Positions 30,652-42,065 are shown, numbered from the stretch's first letter. The stretch: DNA of 64,000 nucleotides from an uncultured Gemmatimonadaceae bacterium (GCA_963781585.1 CAWAGQ010000013.1:384001-448000); one strand, 5' to 3'. Notes: a model not told the origin generated them from the letters alone. Translations and numbers: made by a program.

Positions 30652-31402
30652 CGATCTGGTGGTGCCGATCGGCATGGCGGTGGCGGCCGGACTGGTCGGC
30701 ACCTTCGCGGTGATGCGCCGCATGACGCTCGCGTCGGACGCCATCTCGCATGTCGCACTCCCCGGCATCGGGCTCGCCATCGCGCTCCGGGTCAACCCCG
30801 TGCTGGGCGGGCTCGCCGCGCTCTTTCTCGGGACGCTCATCGTCTGGGCGACTGAGAACAAGACCCGCCTGGCCACCGAGACGGTGATCGGCGTGGTTTT
30901 CTCGGCAGCACTCGCGATCGGGAGCATGCTCGCTTCGGGCGAGGATCTGATCGATGCGCTGTTTGGCGCCCCGGGACAGGTGGGCACCGTCGAGAGTATC
31001 CTGGGGGTGGTGGCCGCGGCGGTGGTAGTGGCCTTTCTGCTCGGCACCCGGAGCCGGCTGGTGATCGCGCTCGTTTCACCCGATCTCGCCCGAACGGCTG
31101 GAATCCCCGTGGAGCGGTCGAATCTCCTCTTCCTGCTCGCGTTCGCTCTGACCGTGGCGCTCGGCCTGCGCTACCTCGGCGTGTTGCTGATGGGGTCGTT
31201 GATCATCATTCCGGCGGCGACCGCCAAGCACCTCGCACGCAGCCTCCGTCAGATGCTGATGATCTCCGTGGCAATTGCGGTACTGACGACGGTGGCGGGG
31301 ATCGTGATTGCGCCGATGCTGGGGGTGGACAGCGGGCCGCTCATCATCACGATCGCGGCCGGGATCTTCTTTCTCAGTCTGTTCTCGCGCAGAAGCGTTT
31401 GA
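30638..31402 (+). CDS. znuB: Zn/Mn-type metal ABC transporter permease
   Basis: RRMTLASDAISHVALPG, IGVVFSAALAIG, LFG, GVLLMGSLIIIPAATA. Confidence 0.88.
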   Translation: MLTPNDLVVPIGMAVAAGLVGTFAVMRRMTLASDAISHVALPGIGLAIALRVNPVLGGLAALFLGTLIVWATENKTRLATETVIGVVFSAALAIGSMLASGEDLIDALFGAPGQVGTVESILGVVAAAVVVAFLLGTRSRLVIALVSPDLARTAGIPVERSNLLFLLAFALTVALGLRYLGVLLMGSLIIIPAATAKHLARSLRQMLMISVAIAVLTTVAGIVIAPMLGVDSGPLIITIAAGIFFLSLFSRRSV

Positions 31403-31433
31403 CCGGGTTCCGTGCCGCCGGGTGTCGGTTCCT

Positions 31434-32552
31434 TCACCGCCGCAACCAGATCAGCACGAATGAGCTTCCGGATACCTTGGCTCCGAGCGGGCGCAACGCC
31501 ATCCCCCTCATCGCGCGCTGGTCGAGAGGGACCGCACCAGGCATGAGCGGCGAGATCTCCATGTCGCTGCAGGGAGCAGCCCGCGGCCACAGGTCCTGCA
31601 GCTGCCGTCCCTGCCTGGTGCTCATGCCGTACACCTCGACCGCCTCCACGTCGCCAACCGAAAACGACCACAGCGGGAACCCTGGCACCGGACGCCCATC
31701 GACGAAGATGCAGGGACTGGACAGCAGAAACTGATCGTTCTTGATGAGCATCGAACGCGAACGGGCCATGTAGAGGGAGAGGTCTCCGCGCGGATTGGTC
31801 CCGAGCTCGGTGCGCGGCACGAGGTAGGTGTGCGCGCCCCCCTCGTGGACGCGCAGATCCATGTCCTTCCAGATGGCGGCGGCGTGCCTCGATGAACCCT
31901 CGCTCGAGGGAGACAAGAGAGCACTGAACTCGTATCCCTTGTTCCTGGCGACGCTGATCGACCAGGTCTTGTCGGCGAATCCCTCCCGCGACAGCCGGAC
32001 GAGGTAGCTTCCCGGCTTCACTCGGGGCATGTCGTACTTGCCCGCGGAGTCGGTGGTGGCCTGCGCGGCGCCGATCACCTGGACCCGCACTCCACTCACG
32101 GGCGTGAGGTCCTCGGCGTTGGCGATGATGCCGAAGACGCCGGTACGCTCGGCGCGCACCACGATCGAATCCAGCGGTTGCGGTCCCCGCGGCGTAAGCA
32201 CGATGTCCAGGTTCAGATCTGCGTCGCCCACGGTGAAGTCCCGCTCCACCACGCGGTAGCCGAGCGCCTCGACCTCGAGGTTGTGGACGCCCGGCGGAAC
32301 GCCGGAAAACTGGAACCTGCCGGCGGCGGTGGTACGGAAGACCCGGGCCGACTGCACCGAATCCATCAGCACCAGGGCGCCTTGAATGGGCAAGCCGGCG
32401 GACGAGCGCACCGTGCCGGTCACGATGACAGATTGTGCTTGCGCGATGCCGGGGAGGACGCCTAACGTGGCGGACACCGCCACGGACAGTGAGCCCGCAA
32501 TGACAGACAGCAGCAAACCACGAGCGCGCGACGGACAGCCAGAAAGGGTCAT
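31434..32552 (-). CDS. Secreted protein with two carboxypeptidase-regulatory-like (CarboxypepD_reg) domains and a plug-like C-terminus
   Basis: VTGTVRSSAGLPIQGALV..TTAAGRFQFSGVPPG..ALGY and a second copy (TTDSAGKYDM..PGSYLV..REGF); LDSIVVRA between them; CIFVDG..DVEAVEVY at the end. Start uncertain. Confidence 0.8.
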   Translation of the reverse strand: MTLSGCPSRARGLLLSVIAGSLSVAVSATLGVLPGIAQAQSVIVTGTVRSSAGLPIQGALVLMDSVQSARVFRTTAAGRFQFSGVPPGVHNLEVEALGYRVVERDFTVGDADLNLDIVLTPRGPQPLDSIVVRAERTGVFGIIANAEDLTPVSGVRVQVIGAAQATTDSAGKYDMPRVKPGSYLVRLSREGFADKTWSISVARNKGYEFSALLSPSSEGSSRHAAAIWKDMDLRVHEGGAHTYLVPRTELGTNPRGDLSLYMARSRSMLIKNDQFLLSSPCIFVDGRPVPGFPLWSFSVGDVEAVEVYGMSTRQGRQLQDLWPRAAPCSDMEISPLMPGAVPLDQRAMRGMALRPLGAKVSGSSFVLIWLRR

Positions 32553-32574
32553 GGCAGTCGGGAGGGGGTGCCCT

Positions 32575-34002
32575 GTGGAACCCGCACGCAGGGGCGACGT
32601 TCCCCTCGATCGCCGCTCCTTTCTCTCGGCTGCCGGCGCGGCCATCGCATTCGCTGCTTTCCCGCGCGCGGTCGCCGGTGCCAGAACCCGCTCCGCGGGT
32701 CCGACCTTGGGGCTCGGGCAATCCGCCACGCGTCCCGTGCCGTCGTCGTCGCAGCTCGCCTGGCAGCGCGACGAGCTGGCGCTCTTCCTCCATTTCGGCG
32801 TCAACACCTTCACCAACCGGGAGTGGGGGGATGGCACCGAGGACCCGGCGATCTTCGCGCCGGCCCAACTCGACGCCCGACAATGGACGCGGACCGCGAA
32901 GGACGCGGGATTCCGCACCCTGATCCTCACCGCCAAGCATCACGACGGATTCTGCCTCTGGCCCACCGCGACCACCGACCACTCGGTGGCGAAGAGTCCG
33001 TTCCGCGGCGGGACCGGCGACGTGGTTCGCGAGTTCACCGACGCCTGTCGTGCCGACGGACTCAAGGCGGGGCTCTACCTGTCGCCGTGGGATCGAAACG
33101 CCCCGGCGTACGGTGACTCGTCGCGCTACAACGACATGTACTGCGACCAGCTTACGGAGCTGCTCACGCGATACGGTGAGGTACAGGAGGTCTGGTTCGA
33201 CGGCGCCAACGGAGAGGGTCCGAACGGCAAGCGCCAGGAATACGACTGGCCGCGTTTCTGGGCGCTGGTCCGGAAGCTGCAGCCCGGGGCTGTCATCTTC
33301 TCCGATGCGGGTCCCGACATTCGCTGGATTGGAAACGAGCGCGGTGTCGCGGCCGAGACCAACTGGTCCACGGTGGATCCGGCGGCAGTTCCGTTTCCGG
33401 GAGCGAGCGGAGACGCGGTGATGGCCATGCTCCGCCACGGCGATCCGGACGGAAGCGCGTGGAGGCCCGGTGAGACCGACGTCTCCATCCGCCCGGGATG
33501 GTTCTATCATCCGGCGGACGACGACCGCGTGAAGACCGTGGACCAGCTCGTGGACCTGTTCTTCTCGTCGGTCGGCAGGAACTCGAAACTCCTGCTGAAC
33601 GTGCCGCCCACCACGAGCGGCCTGCTGCACGATACCGACGTTGCGCGCCTCAAGGGAATGCACCAGGACCTGACCGGGCTGTTCGCCCAGGACTTCGCGG
33701 CGCGAACGCAGCGCTGGCGCCTGACGAGCGAGCGGAGTGCGGTGTCCGAGGTGGACCTCGGCCGGATCGCGCTGGTGTCGGTGTCCGATTCCCGCGAAGA
33801 CGTCGCCCGCGGACAGGTCGTGGCGCGCTATTCCCTCGAAGGTTCCGACGGTGGGCCCTGGCGTCCGCTCGCGCACGGGTCGACCATCGGCTACCGCAAG
33901 CTCGATCGATTTGCAGCGACCGAAGTGCGCCGGGTGCGCCTCCTGATCGAGGACGCGGTCGACACGCCGCGGCCGGTGACGGTGAGTCTCTACGCCGGGT
34001 GA
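32575..34002 (+). CDS. Tat-exported alpha-L-fucosidase (GH29)
   Basis: RRSFL Tat motif, FLHFGVNTFT..EWGDG, TAKHHDGFCLWP, YLSPWDRN, VWFDGA, ETDVSIRPGWFYH, SVGRN..LLLNVPP. Confidence 0.95.
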   Translation: MEPARRGDVPLDRRSFLSAAGAAIAFAAFPRAVAGARTRSAGPTLGLGQSATRPVPSSSQLAWQRDELALFLHFGVNTFTNREWGDGTEDPAIFAPAQLDARQWTRTAKDAGFRTLILTAKHHDGFCLWPTATTDHSVAKSPFRGGTGDVVREFTDACRADGLKAGLYLSPWDRNAPAYGDSSRYNDMYCDQLTELLTRYGEVQEVWFDGANGEGPNGKRQEYDWPRFWALVRKLQPGAVIFSDAGPDIRWIGNERGVAAETNWSTVDPAAVPFPGASGDAVMAMLRHGDPDGSAWRPGETDVSIRPGWFYHPADDDRVKTVDQLVDLFFSSVGRNSKLLLNVPPTTSGLLHDTDVARLKGMHQDLTGLFAQDFAARTQRWRLTSERSAVSEVDLGRIALVSVSDSREDVARGQVVARYSLEGSDGGPWRPLAHGSTIGYRKLDRFAATEVRRVRLLIEDAVDTPRPVTVSLYAG

Positions 34003-34015
34003 ATCCCGCCTGGGG

Positions 34016-34091
34016 ACGACCCGCACGGGGTCACGACCCGCACGGGGTCACGACCCGCACGGGGTCACGACCCGCACGGGGTCACGACCCG
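34016..34091. repeat. 17-bp tandem repeat, 4 full copies plus a partial
   Basis: ACGACCCGCACGGGGTC at 34016, 34033, 34050, 34067 and partial at 34084; no spacers. Confidence 0.95.
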
Positions 34092-34212
34092 GTCGTCGCG
34101 CCGCGACCGCGCGCCGAAAGAAGCGCGAGCGACGGGTGCGCCCCGTGTCCTTCCCGCGCACACCCGCCGCCGCGTCCCTATGGCCGATGGCCCGTGACCA
34201 ATTCCCTCTGGT

Positions 34213-34782
34213 CTACCTCATGTGGTACGCCAGACCGAACGCAACACCCACGTCGTTCCGCGTACCGGCCCGGACTCCCGCCATGGGTGACCGATAGCAG
34301 AACAGATTGTCCCGTGCCTCCAGCCGGAGGGCGATGGGCGAGTACTGGAACTCGGTGCCCAGGGCGCCGTAGCCGGCCGCACAGGTCTTGTCGTTCAGTT
34401 GCTTCGATTGGAACTGGTACGTGCGCGCACCAGCGCCCAGTCCCACAAAGGGCTTCAGCTCCCAGCCGGCGCCGAGCGCGTGAACCATGTCGAACTCCAT
34501 TCCGGCGTCGTACTGGAAGATGTTCACGTTGTCCCTGGCGACGCTGTACTTGTTCTGACCGGGCACGTAGCTGAAGGATCCGAGCAGATGCATCGTGGGC
34601 TTCAGCTCGAGTGCGGCCTGCACGCCGTACATGGGGGCGTTCTTGAACAGATCACGTTGCTTGCCCGTGGGAATCGATGCCCCGACGAACGGACGGATCT
34701 CCGGCTTGGTCACGGTGTTCTGCGCCGGGAGCGCGATGGCCCCCAGACTCAGCGCACTGACAATCGCAGCAATCTTCCTCAT
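34213..34782 (-). CDS. Small outer-membrane beta-barrel protein
   Basis: Signal peptide MRKIAAIVSALSLGAIALPAQ, LKPFVGLGAGA, LRLEARD, terminal strand VAFGLAY; GGAGG RBS. Confidence 0.85.
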   Translation of the reverse strand: MRKIAAIVSALSLGAIALPAQNTVTKPEIRPFVGASIPTGKQRDLFKNAPMYGVQAALELKPTMHLLGSFSYVPGQNKYSVARDNVNIFQYDAGMEFDMVHALGAGWELKPFVGLGAGARTYQFQSKQLNDKTCAAGYGALGTEFQYSPIALRLEARDNLFCYRSPMAGVRAGTRNDVGVAFGLAYHMR

Positions 34783-34986
34783 TGGTCCCTCCCGGTTTTC
34801 GTGCCGCTCGACTCGCAGCGGCGGTTCCATGCACGAGGGCAACGTGGCGACTGGGGCACCGCGCGTATGCCGGAGAAGGAGCGCATCGGTGTAGGTGATC
34901 GACCGGCTGCCAGTGTCGGGGGTTTTTCCTGTGACGACCGGATGCGCCGGCGCGCGCACCGTTGCGCGGCGGAGTTCGCGTGTACA

Positions 34987-36498
<1,512 letters not shown>

Positions 36499-36499
<1 letters not shown>

Positions 36500-38160
36500 C
36501 AGACCGTTTGCAGATACTGGTGGATCATGCTCACGGTGGCTGATCCCTCCCCGACCGCCGCCGCCACGCGCTTGCCCGACCCGTGCCGGGCGTCGCCAGC
36601 CGCAAAAACACCCGGCACACTGGTCTCGAAAAGGAATGGATCGCGCTCCAGCGTCCACGACTTGGGCCACTTGCCGTCGATCATGAGATCGCGCCCGGTG
36701 AGGATGAACCCCTGCTTGTCGCGCTCGACCAGCGCGGACACCATCGCGGTGCGCGGCGCGGTGCCGATGAAGATGAACATCGCGTTGGCCGGCACGTCCC
36801 GCATCTCGCCGGTCTCGACGTTCTTCAGGGTGATTGATTCGAGCCGTCCGTTCCCCCGCACACCGCAGACGACCGTGGAGGTCACCACGTCCACGTTGGC
36901 GGTATCCTGGATCCGGTCCACCAGATACTGCGACATCCCGGCGCTCAGCTTCGGACCCCGCAACAGCATCGTCACCTTGCGTGCATAACGCGAAAAGAAC
37001 ATCGCCCCCTGCCCGGCGGAATTGGCACCGCCCACCACGAACACATCGCAGCCGCGATAGGTGGTCGCTTCGGTCAGCGCCGCGCCGTAGTACACGCCGG
37101 ACCCCACCAGATCGTCCACCCCCGCCGCGTCCAGGCGCCGCACTTCCATTCCCGACGCGATCAGCACCGCGTAGCAACTGAGCTCGGAGCCATCCGACAG
37201 CGTCACGGTGCGGTAGGGGTCATTCCGCCGGATCTCCGTCACGTCCTGCACGGTGAGGATCTCGGCGCCAAAGCGGCGCGCCTGGGTCGTGGCCCGTCGT
37301 GCCAGATCGGCCCCGCTCACTCCGCCCGGGAATCCCAGGTAGTTCTCGATCTGCGAGCTCGTTCCCGCCTGGCCGCCGGGCGCCGTCCGCTCCACCAGGA
37401 TCGTGCGCAGTCCCTCCGACGCGCCGTACACGGCGCCCGCCAGCCCCGCCGGCCCGCCTCCAACCACGACCAGATCATAGAACGGCCGCTGGGGACGCGT
37501 CTGCATGCCGAGCCGCTCGGCGAGCGCTCTGGTGGTGGGTTGCACCAGGGTCGTTCCATCGGCGAAGAACACCACCGGAAGACGCGCCATGCCCTCCTCG
37601 AGCGATGTGACCAGCTCGCGCGCCGACGCATCCGTGTCGAGGTCGACCCACTGGTACGGCACCTGGTTCGATGAAAGAAAGTCCTTTACCACGTAGCTCG
37701 ACGCGGAAAGCGGCGTACCAGCCACTCGGATGCCGTCAAACGGCGGGCGAACTTTCGCCACCCAGTCGGCAAGGAGGTCATCGAGCACCGGGTAGAGTCG
37801 TTCGCTCGGTGGCTCCCACGGTTTCAGCAGGTAGTGGTCCAGGCCGATGCGGTTGATGGCGGTGATGGCCGTTTCGGTATCGGCGTAGGCCGTCAGCAGC
37901 ACGCGTCGTGCGTCGGGGTAGAGCTTGAGTGCCTCCACCAGAAACTGCGTCCCGGTCATTTCGGGCATGCGCTCGTCGACCAGAAAGAGCGCGATCGGGG
38001 CACTGCGCTTCTTCAGCTGACGCACCGTCTCGAGCGCCTGCGGCCCGGAGCCGACCTTGACCACGCGGTAGTCCGCGCGGAAGTGCTGACGCAGGTCGCG
38101 CTCGACGGCATTCAGGACTTCGGGGTCGTCGTCCACGGCGAGAATGACGGGCTTGTTCAT
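36499..38160 (-). CDS. Response-regulator receiver / thioredoxin-reductase-like FAD oxidoreductase fusion
   Basis: ILAVDDD..DERMPEMTG..LLTAY..KPW receiver; GGGPAGL, GGQAGTSSQIENYLGFP, VGGANSAGQGA, FIFIG, FAAGD; YYGAA where TrxR has its CxxC. Confidence 0.93.
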
Positions 38161-38186
38161 ACGGCGATGATCCTGTGGTGGCGACG

Positions 38187-39896
38187 TCAGGGCGCGGCCG
38201 CGGGTGTGGGGTCGGTTGCGGCCCGCGCGACGTGAATCGGCAGCCGGACAATGAAGCGCGTGGAACCCGGCCGCGACTCGACGTCGATGCTGCCGCCGTG
38301 GCGCTTCACCACCACGTTCCGGCTGGTCGACAGTCCGAGCCCGGTTCCCTTGCCGGGTTCCTTGGTAGTGAAGAAGGGATCGAAGATGCACTGGCGCACG
38401 CTTTCGGGCATCCCCGGTCCGTCGTCCTCGACTTCGACGACGACGTGGTCGGAATCCCGGCGCGCCCGCACGATCAGGCGGCCCCGGCCGTTCATCGCGT
38501 CCACGGCGTTGTCGATGAGGTTCGTCCAGACCTGGTTCAACTCGCTTCCGTATGCTTCGATGTGCGGCAGGTCCGGGTCGACTTCGCGCTCCACCGTGAT
38601 GCCCGTTTTCAATTTGCTTCGCAGCATGACGAGCGTGCTGTCAATGCCCTCGACCACGTCCACGAGCCGGACCGGAGCCTGGCCGAGGAACGAGTACGTC
38701 TTGAGGGATTTGACGATCTCGGAGATGCGGCGGGTCGCCTCTTCGATCTCGCGGGCCAGGGCGAGCACGGGTTGAGCGCGGGCGATCCAGGCCACCACGA
38801 CCGCGGTCTCATCACCCCAGTATGCGGCGGCGCGCTCCAGCTCCGCGATATCGTATCCGAGGCTCACCAGGGCGGGGGCGAGCTCCCAGGCGTCGGCGAC
38901 ATTATGGACGTCGAGCCACTCCTCCACCTCGGTCTCGCGGTCGCTGCGGGTGAGGGGATCGATGTAGGACGCCTGGGCCGAGCGCTCGCGGTCATCGCGA
39001 ACGAGGGTGAGCAGCGCGGCCTGGCGCTCGGGCGAGAGGCGCACCTGGGTGAGCGGCACGAACGCATCCTGCAGCTTGGCGAACACCGCGCGCAACTGGT
39101 CGGCGGCCCGGGCCGCGGCCGCCGCCGGGTTGTTCAACTCGTGGGCTACGCCGGCCGCCAGGGTGCCTAACGTCGCCATCTTCTCCGACTGGCGCAGGGC
39201 CTCTTCGGCGGTGCGCAGCAGGGTCACGTCGGCGCCGTAGATGAACACCAGGTTGGCTTCCCTGGCCAGGCGGTGCGCGAACTGGAACGAGCGGCTTCCC
39301 ACTCTGGCCTCGACGCGCACCACGTCGGTCCCGGCCAGGATATGCTGCCAGACTGCATCGGTCAGGCCCGGGCAGAGGTCCTTCCAGCACCGTCCGATCA
39401 GGGTTTCGTCGCCGAACAGCTCGAGCGCCGCCGAGTTGGCGAGCACGATGGTGGCCCCGGCATCCGCGCGGAGCACCGGTCCCGGATTCATCTCCGGGAA
39501 TCGTGCCATCTCGGCGAGCTGCGCCGACTGACGGGCGAGCAGGCGCTCGGCGCGTTTCCGCTCGGTGACGTCGGTGCCGTAGATGAAGATCGAGTCGATC
39601 TCCGGCGGCCGCCGGTAGGTGAACGTGAACGTGCGGTCCCCCACGTCCACCTCCTGGGTGAGTCCGTCCGCTCCGCCCACGACGCGCTGCCAGACCTCCG
39701 GATCCAGGGCCGGGCAGAGCTCGGGCCAGCGCCCGTCGCGGAGGCGCTCGTCCCCGAAGACCGTTCGGGCGGCGGCGTTCACCAGCCGCACGTGCCCATC
39801 CAGGTCGGTGCGGACGACCGGTCCCGGGTTCATCTCCGGGAACGCGGGCATCTCGTTCATGATGCCCTGGTGGGCAGACGGTTCGTTAGGCGGCAT
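38187..39896 (-). CDS. Cytoplasmic sensor histidine kinase with two PAS-like repeats
   Basis: Two FPEMNPGPV...IYG(T/A)DVT repeats, VAHELNNP, LNQVWTNLIDNAVDA, DPFFTTK, GTGLGL. Confidence 0.92.
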   Translation of the reverse strand: MPPNEPSAHQGIMNEMPAFPEMNPGPVVRTDLDGHVRLVNAAARTVFGDERLRDGRWPELCPALDPEVWQRVVGGADGLTQEVDVGDRTFTFTYRRPPEIDSIFIYGTDVTERKRAERLLARQSAQLAEMARFPEMNPGPVLRADAGATIVLANSAALELFGDETLIGRCWKDLCPGLTDAVWQHILAGTDVVRVEARVGSRSFQFAHRLAREANLVFIYGADVTLLRTAEEALRQSEKMATLGTLAAGVAHELNNPAAAAARAADQLRAVFAKLQDAFVPLTQVRLSPERQAALLTLVRDDRERSAQASYIDPLTRSDRETEVEEWLDVHNVADAWELAPALVSLGYDIAELERAAAYWGDETAVVVAWIARAQPVLALAREIEEATRRISEIVKSLKTYSFLGQAPVRLVDVVEGIDSTLVMLRSKLKTGITVEREVDPDLPHIEAYGSELNQVWTNLIDNAVDAMNGRGRLIVRARRDSDHVVVEVEDDGPGMPESVRQCIFDPFFTTKEPGKGTGLGLSTSRNVVVKRHGGSIDVESRPGSTRFIVRLPIHVARAATDPTPAAAP

Positions 39897-39939
39897 GGGC
39901 GGGGAAGACCACTCATATAACGTGTTCCGGCCGGTCCGG

Positions 39940-41301
39940 CTAGTGTCGCGCCGGGGCGCCGGCGGTGGCGACGTCCGGCGCCAGCGGCGCCACGTCGCGC
40001 GTGCCGCTCACCGCGACTGTTTCCGGCAGCGCCAGTGGCGTGCACACGCTGTACCGGCCCGCCTTCCCCGAGATGCGATCGGGCCGGCCGCCCAGCCGAC
40101 GCATCGCGAACAGGAACGGAATCGCCAACCCGGTGGCGAGGCCGCCAAGCACGTAGCCCGTCCCCAGGGCGGTGCGTGACGCCACCCAGCCGAGACCCGC
40201 CTGGCCCGCCATGCTGCCTCCACTGGCGACCAGCGACGCGAGGGACAACACCGTCGCCCGTTGCTCGCGGGCGACCACCAGGTGCAGGTACGCCTGACGC
40301 ACCGGCTGGAAGACGCCGGTGCTCATCATGCCGACCAGGTACAGGGGAACCGCCAGCCAGAACGATTTCGCGAGCCCGACCCCGATCGCGGTCGCGGCGA
40401 ATATGGCGGCCGCGCCTAACAAGAGCGTGGTCCGACGGCCGCAGAACCGGGTGAGGCGCTCGGCAGCCCAGTTGCCGATCATCATCGACAGGGAAATCAG
40501 CGCCGCGATGACGCCGGTCACCCAGGCCGCCGACGCGCCCAGCAACCCGAGGAAATACGGCTGCCAGGCATGATATCCCCACTCCAGGAAGACCGCGGGC
40601 ATGGCGCCGGCCAGAATCGCCACCCGCGCGTTCGGCTGGTTCCAGCCGAACGCGATGCTCTCCCGCCCCACCCGCGCCATCTCGGCCGGGACGGCGCGCA
40701 GCGGCAGCGATCGCACGGTGAACCCGACCTCGTGCATCGTGGCCAGCGCCGTGCCGAAGGCGATCATCAGGAGGGCGGCGCGCGCGAGATAGGGCAGCCT
40801 GAGGTCGAGACTCCCCAGCAGACCACCGGCGATGGTCCCAACCAGCATGGCCGCGGAAGAGATCATCGACCCCCGCGCCATGACGCGATCCACCGGGTCC
40901 GCGTTCCCGACGGCGTTGAGCGCATCCACCACCCAGGCTTCGACCGCGCCGGAATAGAACGTGTACCCCAGGCCCAGGATCACCGAGACCACGCAGAACC
41001 AGCCGAATCCGCCGCCTAACGCGGGGACGGCGGCGTAGAGGAGCGTCCCGACGAACAGAATCGCCGTGCTCAGGAGAAACGAGAGCCGTCGTCCCCTCGT
41101 GTCGGCCACGATTCCGGTCGGCACCTCGAACACCGCCATGCTGCCGGTAAAGACGGCGTTCGCCAGAAAGACCTGCAGCAGCGTGAGTCCGCCCACCCGC
41201 AGCAGGAAGAGCGTGTTGATCCCCCAGATCAGCGACGCCGACAGCGTGTAGACGCCAGCGATCACATAATACCCCCTCGCGATCTGCTGCGATGTCGGCA
41301 T
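39940..41301 (-). CDS. MFS transporter
   Basis: About 12 TM segments, FEVPTGIVADTRGRR, YSGAVEAW, QRATVLS. Confidence 0.92.
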   Translation of the reverse strand: MPTSQQIARGYYVIAGVYTLSASLIWGINTLFLLRVGGLTLLQVFLANAVFTGSMAVFEVPTGIVADTRGRRLSFLLSTAILFVGTLLYAAVPALGGGFGWFCVVSVILGLGYTFYSGAVEAWVVDALNAVGNADPVDRVMARGSMISSAAMLVGTIAGGLLGSLDLRLPYLARAALLMIAFGTALATMHEVGFTVRSLPLRAVPAEMARVGRESIAFGWNQPNARVAILAGAMPAVFLEWGYHAWQPYFLGLLGASAAWVTGVIAALISLSMMIGNWAAERLTRFCGRRTTLLLGAAAIFAATAIGVGLAKSFWLAVPLYLVGMMSTGVFQPVRQAYLHLVVAREQRATVLSLASLVASGGSMAGQAGLGWVASRTALGTGYVLGGLATGLAIPFLFAMRRLGGRPDRISGKAGRYSVCTPLALPETVAVSGTRDVAPLAPDVATAGAPARH

Positions 41302-41486
41302 GCCCTGGCGCCAGGAGGCCATGGGAGAGCTCGCGGTTCATGACCACTGCAAACGGGATCGAAGCGCTCGGAAAGCTACTGTGCGGCCCGACGCGGCGAC
41401 CGTCATATTCAACGGTGAATCCGGCTCAGCGGTGAATCCGGATCGGCATCGCCGCGTTCCCGGACTGCGCGAGCGAGCAGGACACC

Positions 41487-42050
41487 ATGACCATCCAAAG
41501 CGTCGCAGCACTCGCGCTCACCGTGCTCGGTGCCACTGCGGCCGCGAGCCAGATTCCGAGGCCGTCGCGAGATGGATTTGCGCCGTCGCGGGATGGATTT
41601 ACACCGTCGCTCGCCGTCGACTCGCCGCAGCCATCCACCCCGCTCGTCATGGCGGATTCCCGAAGCCCGCAACTGGCTGGCGTGTTGAGCTTCGTCTTTC
41701 CGTTCGGAACCGGGAGCTTCTATGCCGGGCACGTGGGACACGGGGTGCGGCACCTTCTCATCACCACGGTGGCCAGCTCGGTGCTCCTGGTTTCGGCCGT
41801 CCATGACCTGACCTTGTGGGGTGCCGGCGACGGCCGGGTGAACGGATGGGAGCGGGCCGCGCTCCTCGCGCTGCTGGCGAACTGGATCTGGGGGACCGAG
41901 ACCGCCGTGAACGATGCGCTCGCCTACAACCGCAGGCACCGTCCGCCGGCCGGCCCTGACAGCACGCGCCTGCTCGCGGCCCGGTTGCGCTCGGCGACCG
42001 CATCCAGCCAGCCCGCGCTGTCGAGCGGTCCCGCCTTCGCGCCGCGGTAG
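41487..42050 (+). CDS. Hypothetical membrane protein (TM2-like motif)
   Basis: Signal peptide, RSPQLAGVLSFVFPFGTGSFYAG, two more hydrophobic segments; AGGA RBS. Confidence 0.65.
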   Translation: MTIQSVAALALTVLGATAAASQIPRPSRDGFAPSRDGFTPSLAVDSPQPSTPLVMADSRSPQLAGVLSFVFPFGTGSFYAGHVGHGVRHLLITTVASSVLLVSAVHDLTLWGAGDGRVNGWERAALLALLANWIWGTETAVNDALAYNRRHRPPAGPDSTRLLAARLRSATASSQPALSSGPAFAPR

Positions 42051-42065
42051 CGCGGCGCGACCGCG

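Noticed and set aside
31249..34026. 925-aa minus-strand ORF and similar long ORFs (22772-25270, 17648-19849, 43742-45991, 10361-12343)
   Set aside because: Shadow frames of well-supported genes, Arg/Pro-rich with no family motifs; expected in high-GC DNA.
34016..34091. Possible CRISPR array
   Set aside because: Units are contiguous 17-mers with no spacers, and no cas genes are in the window.
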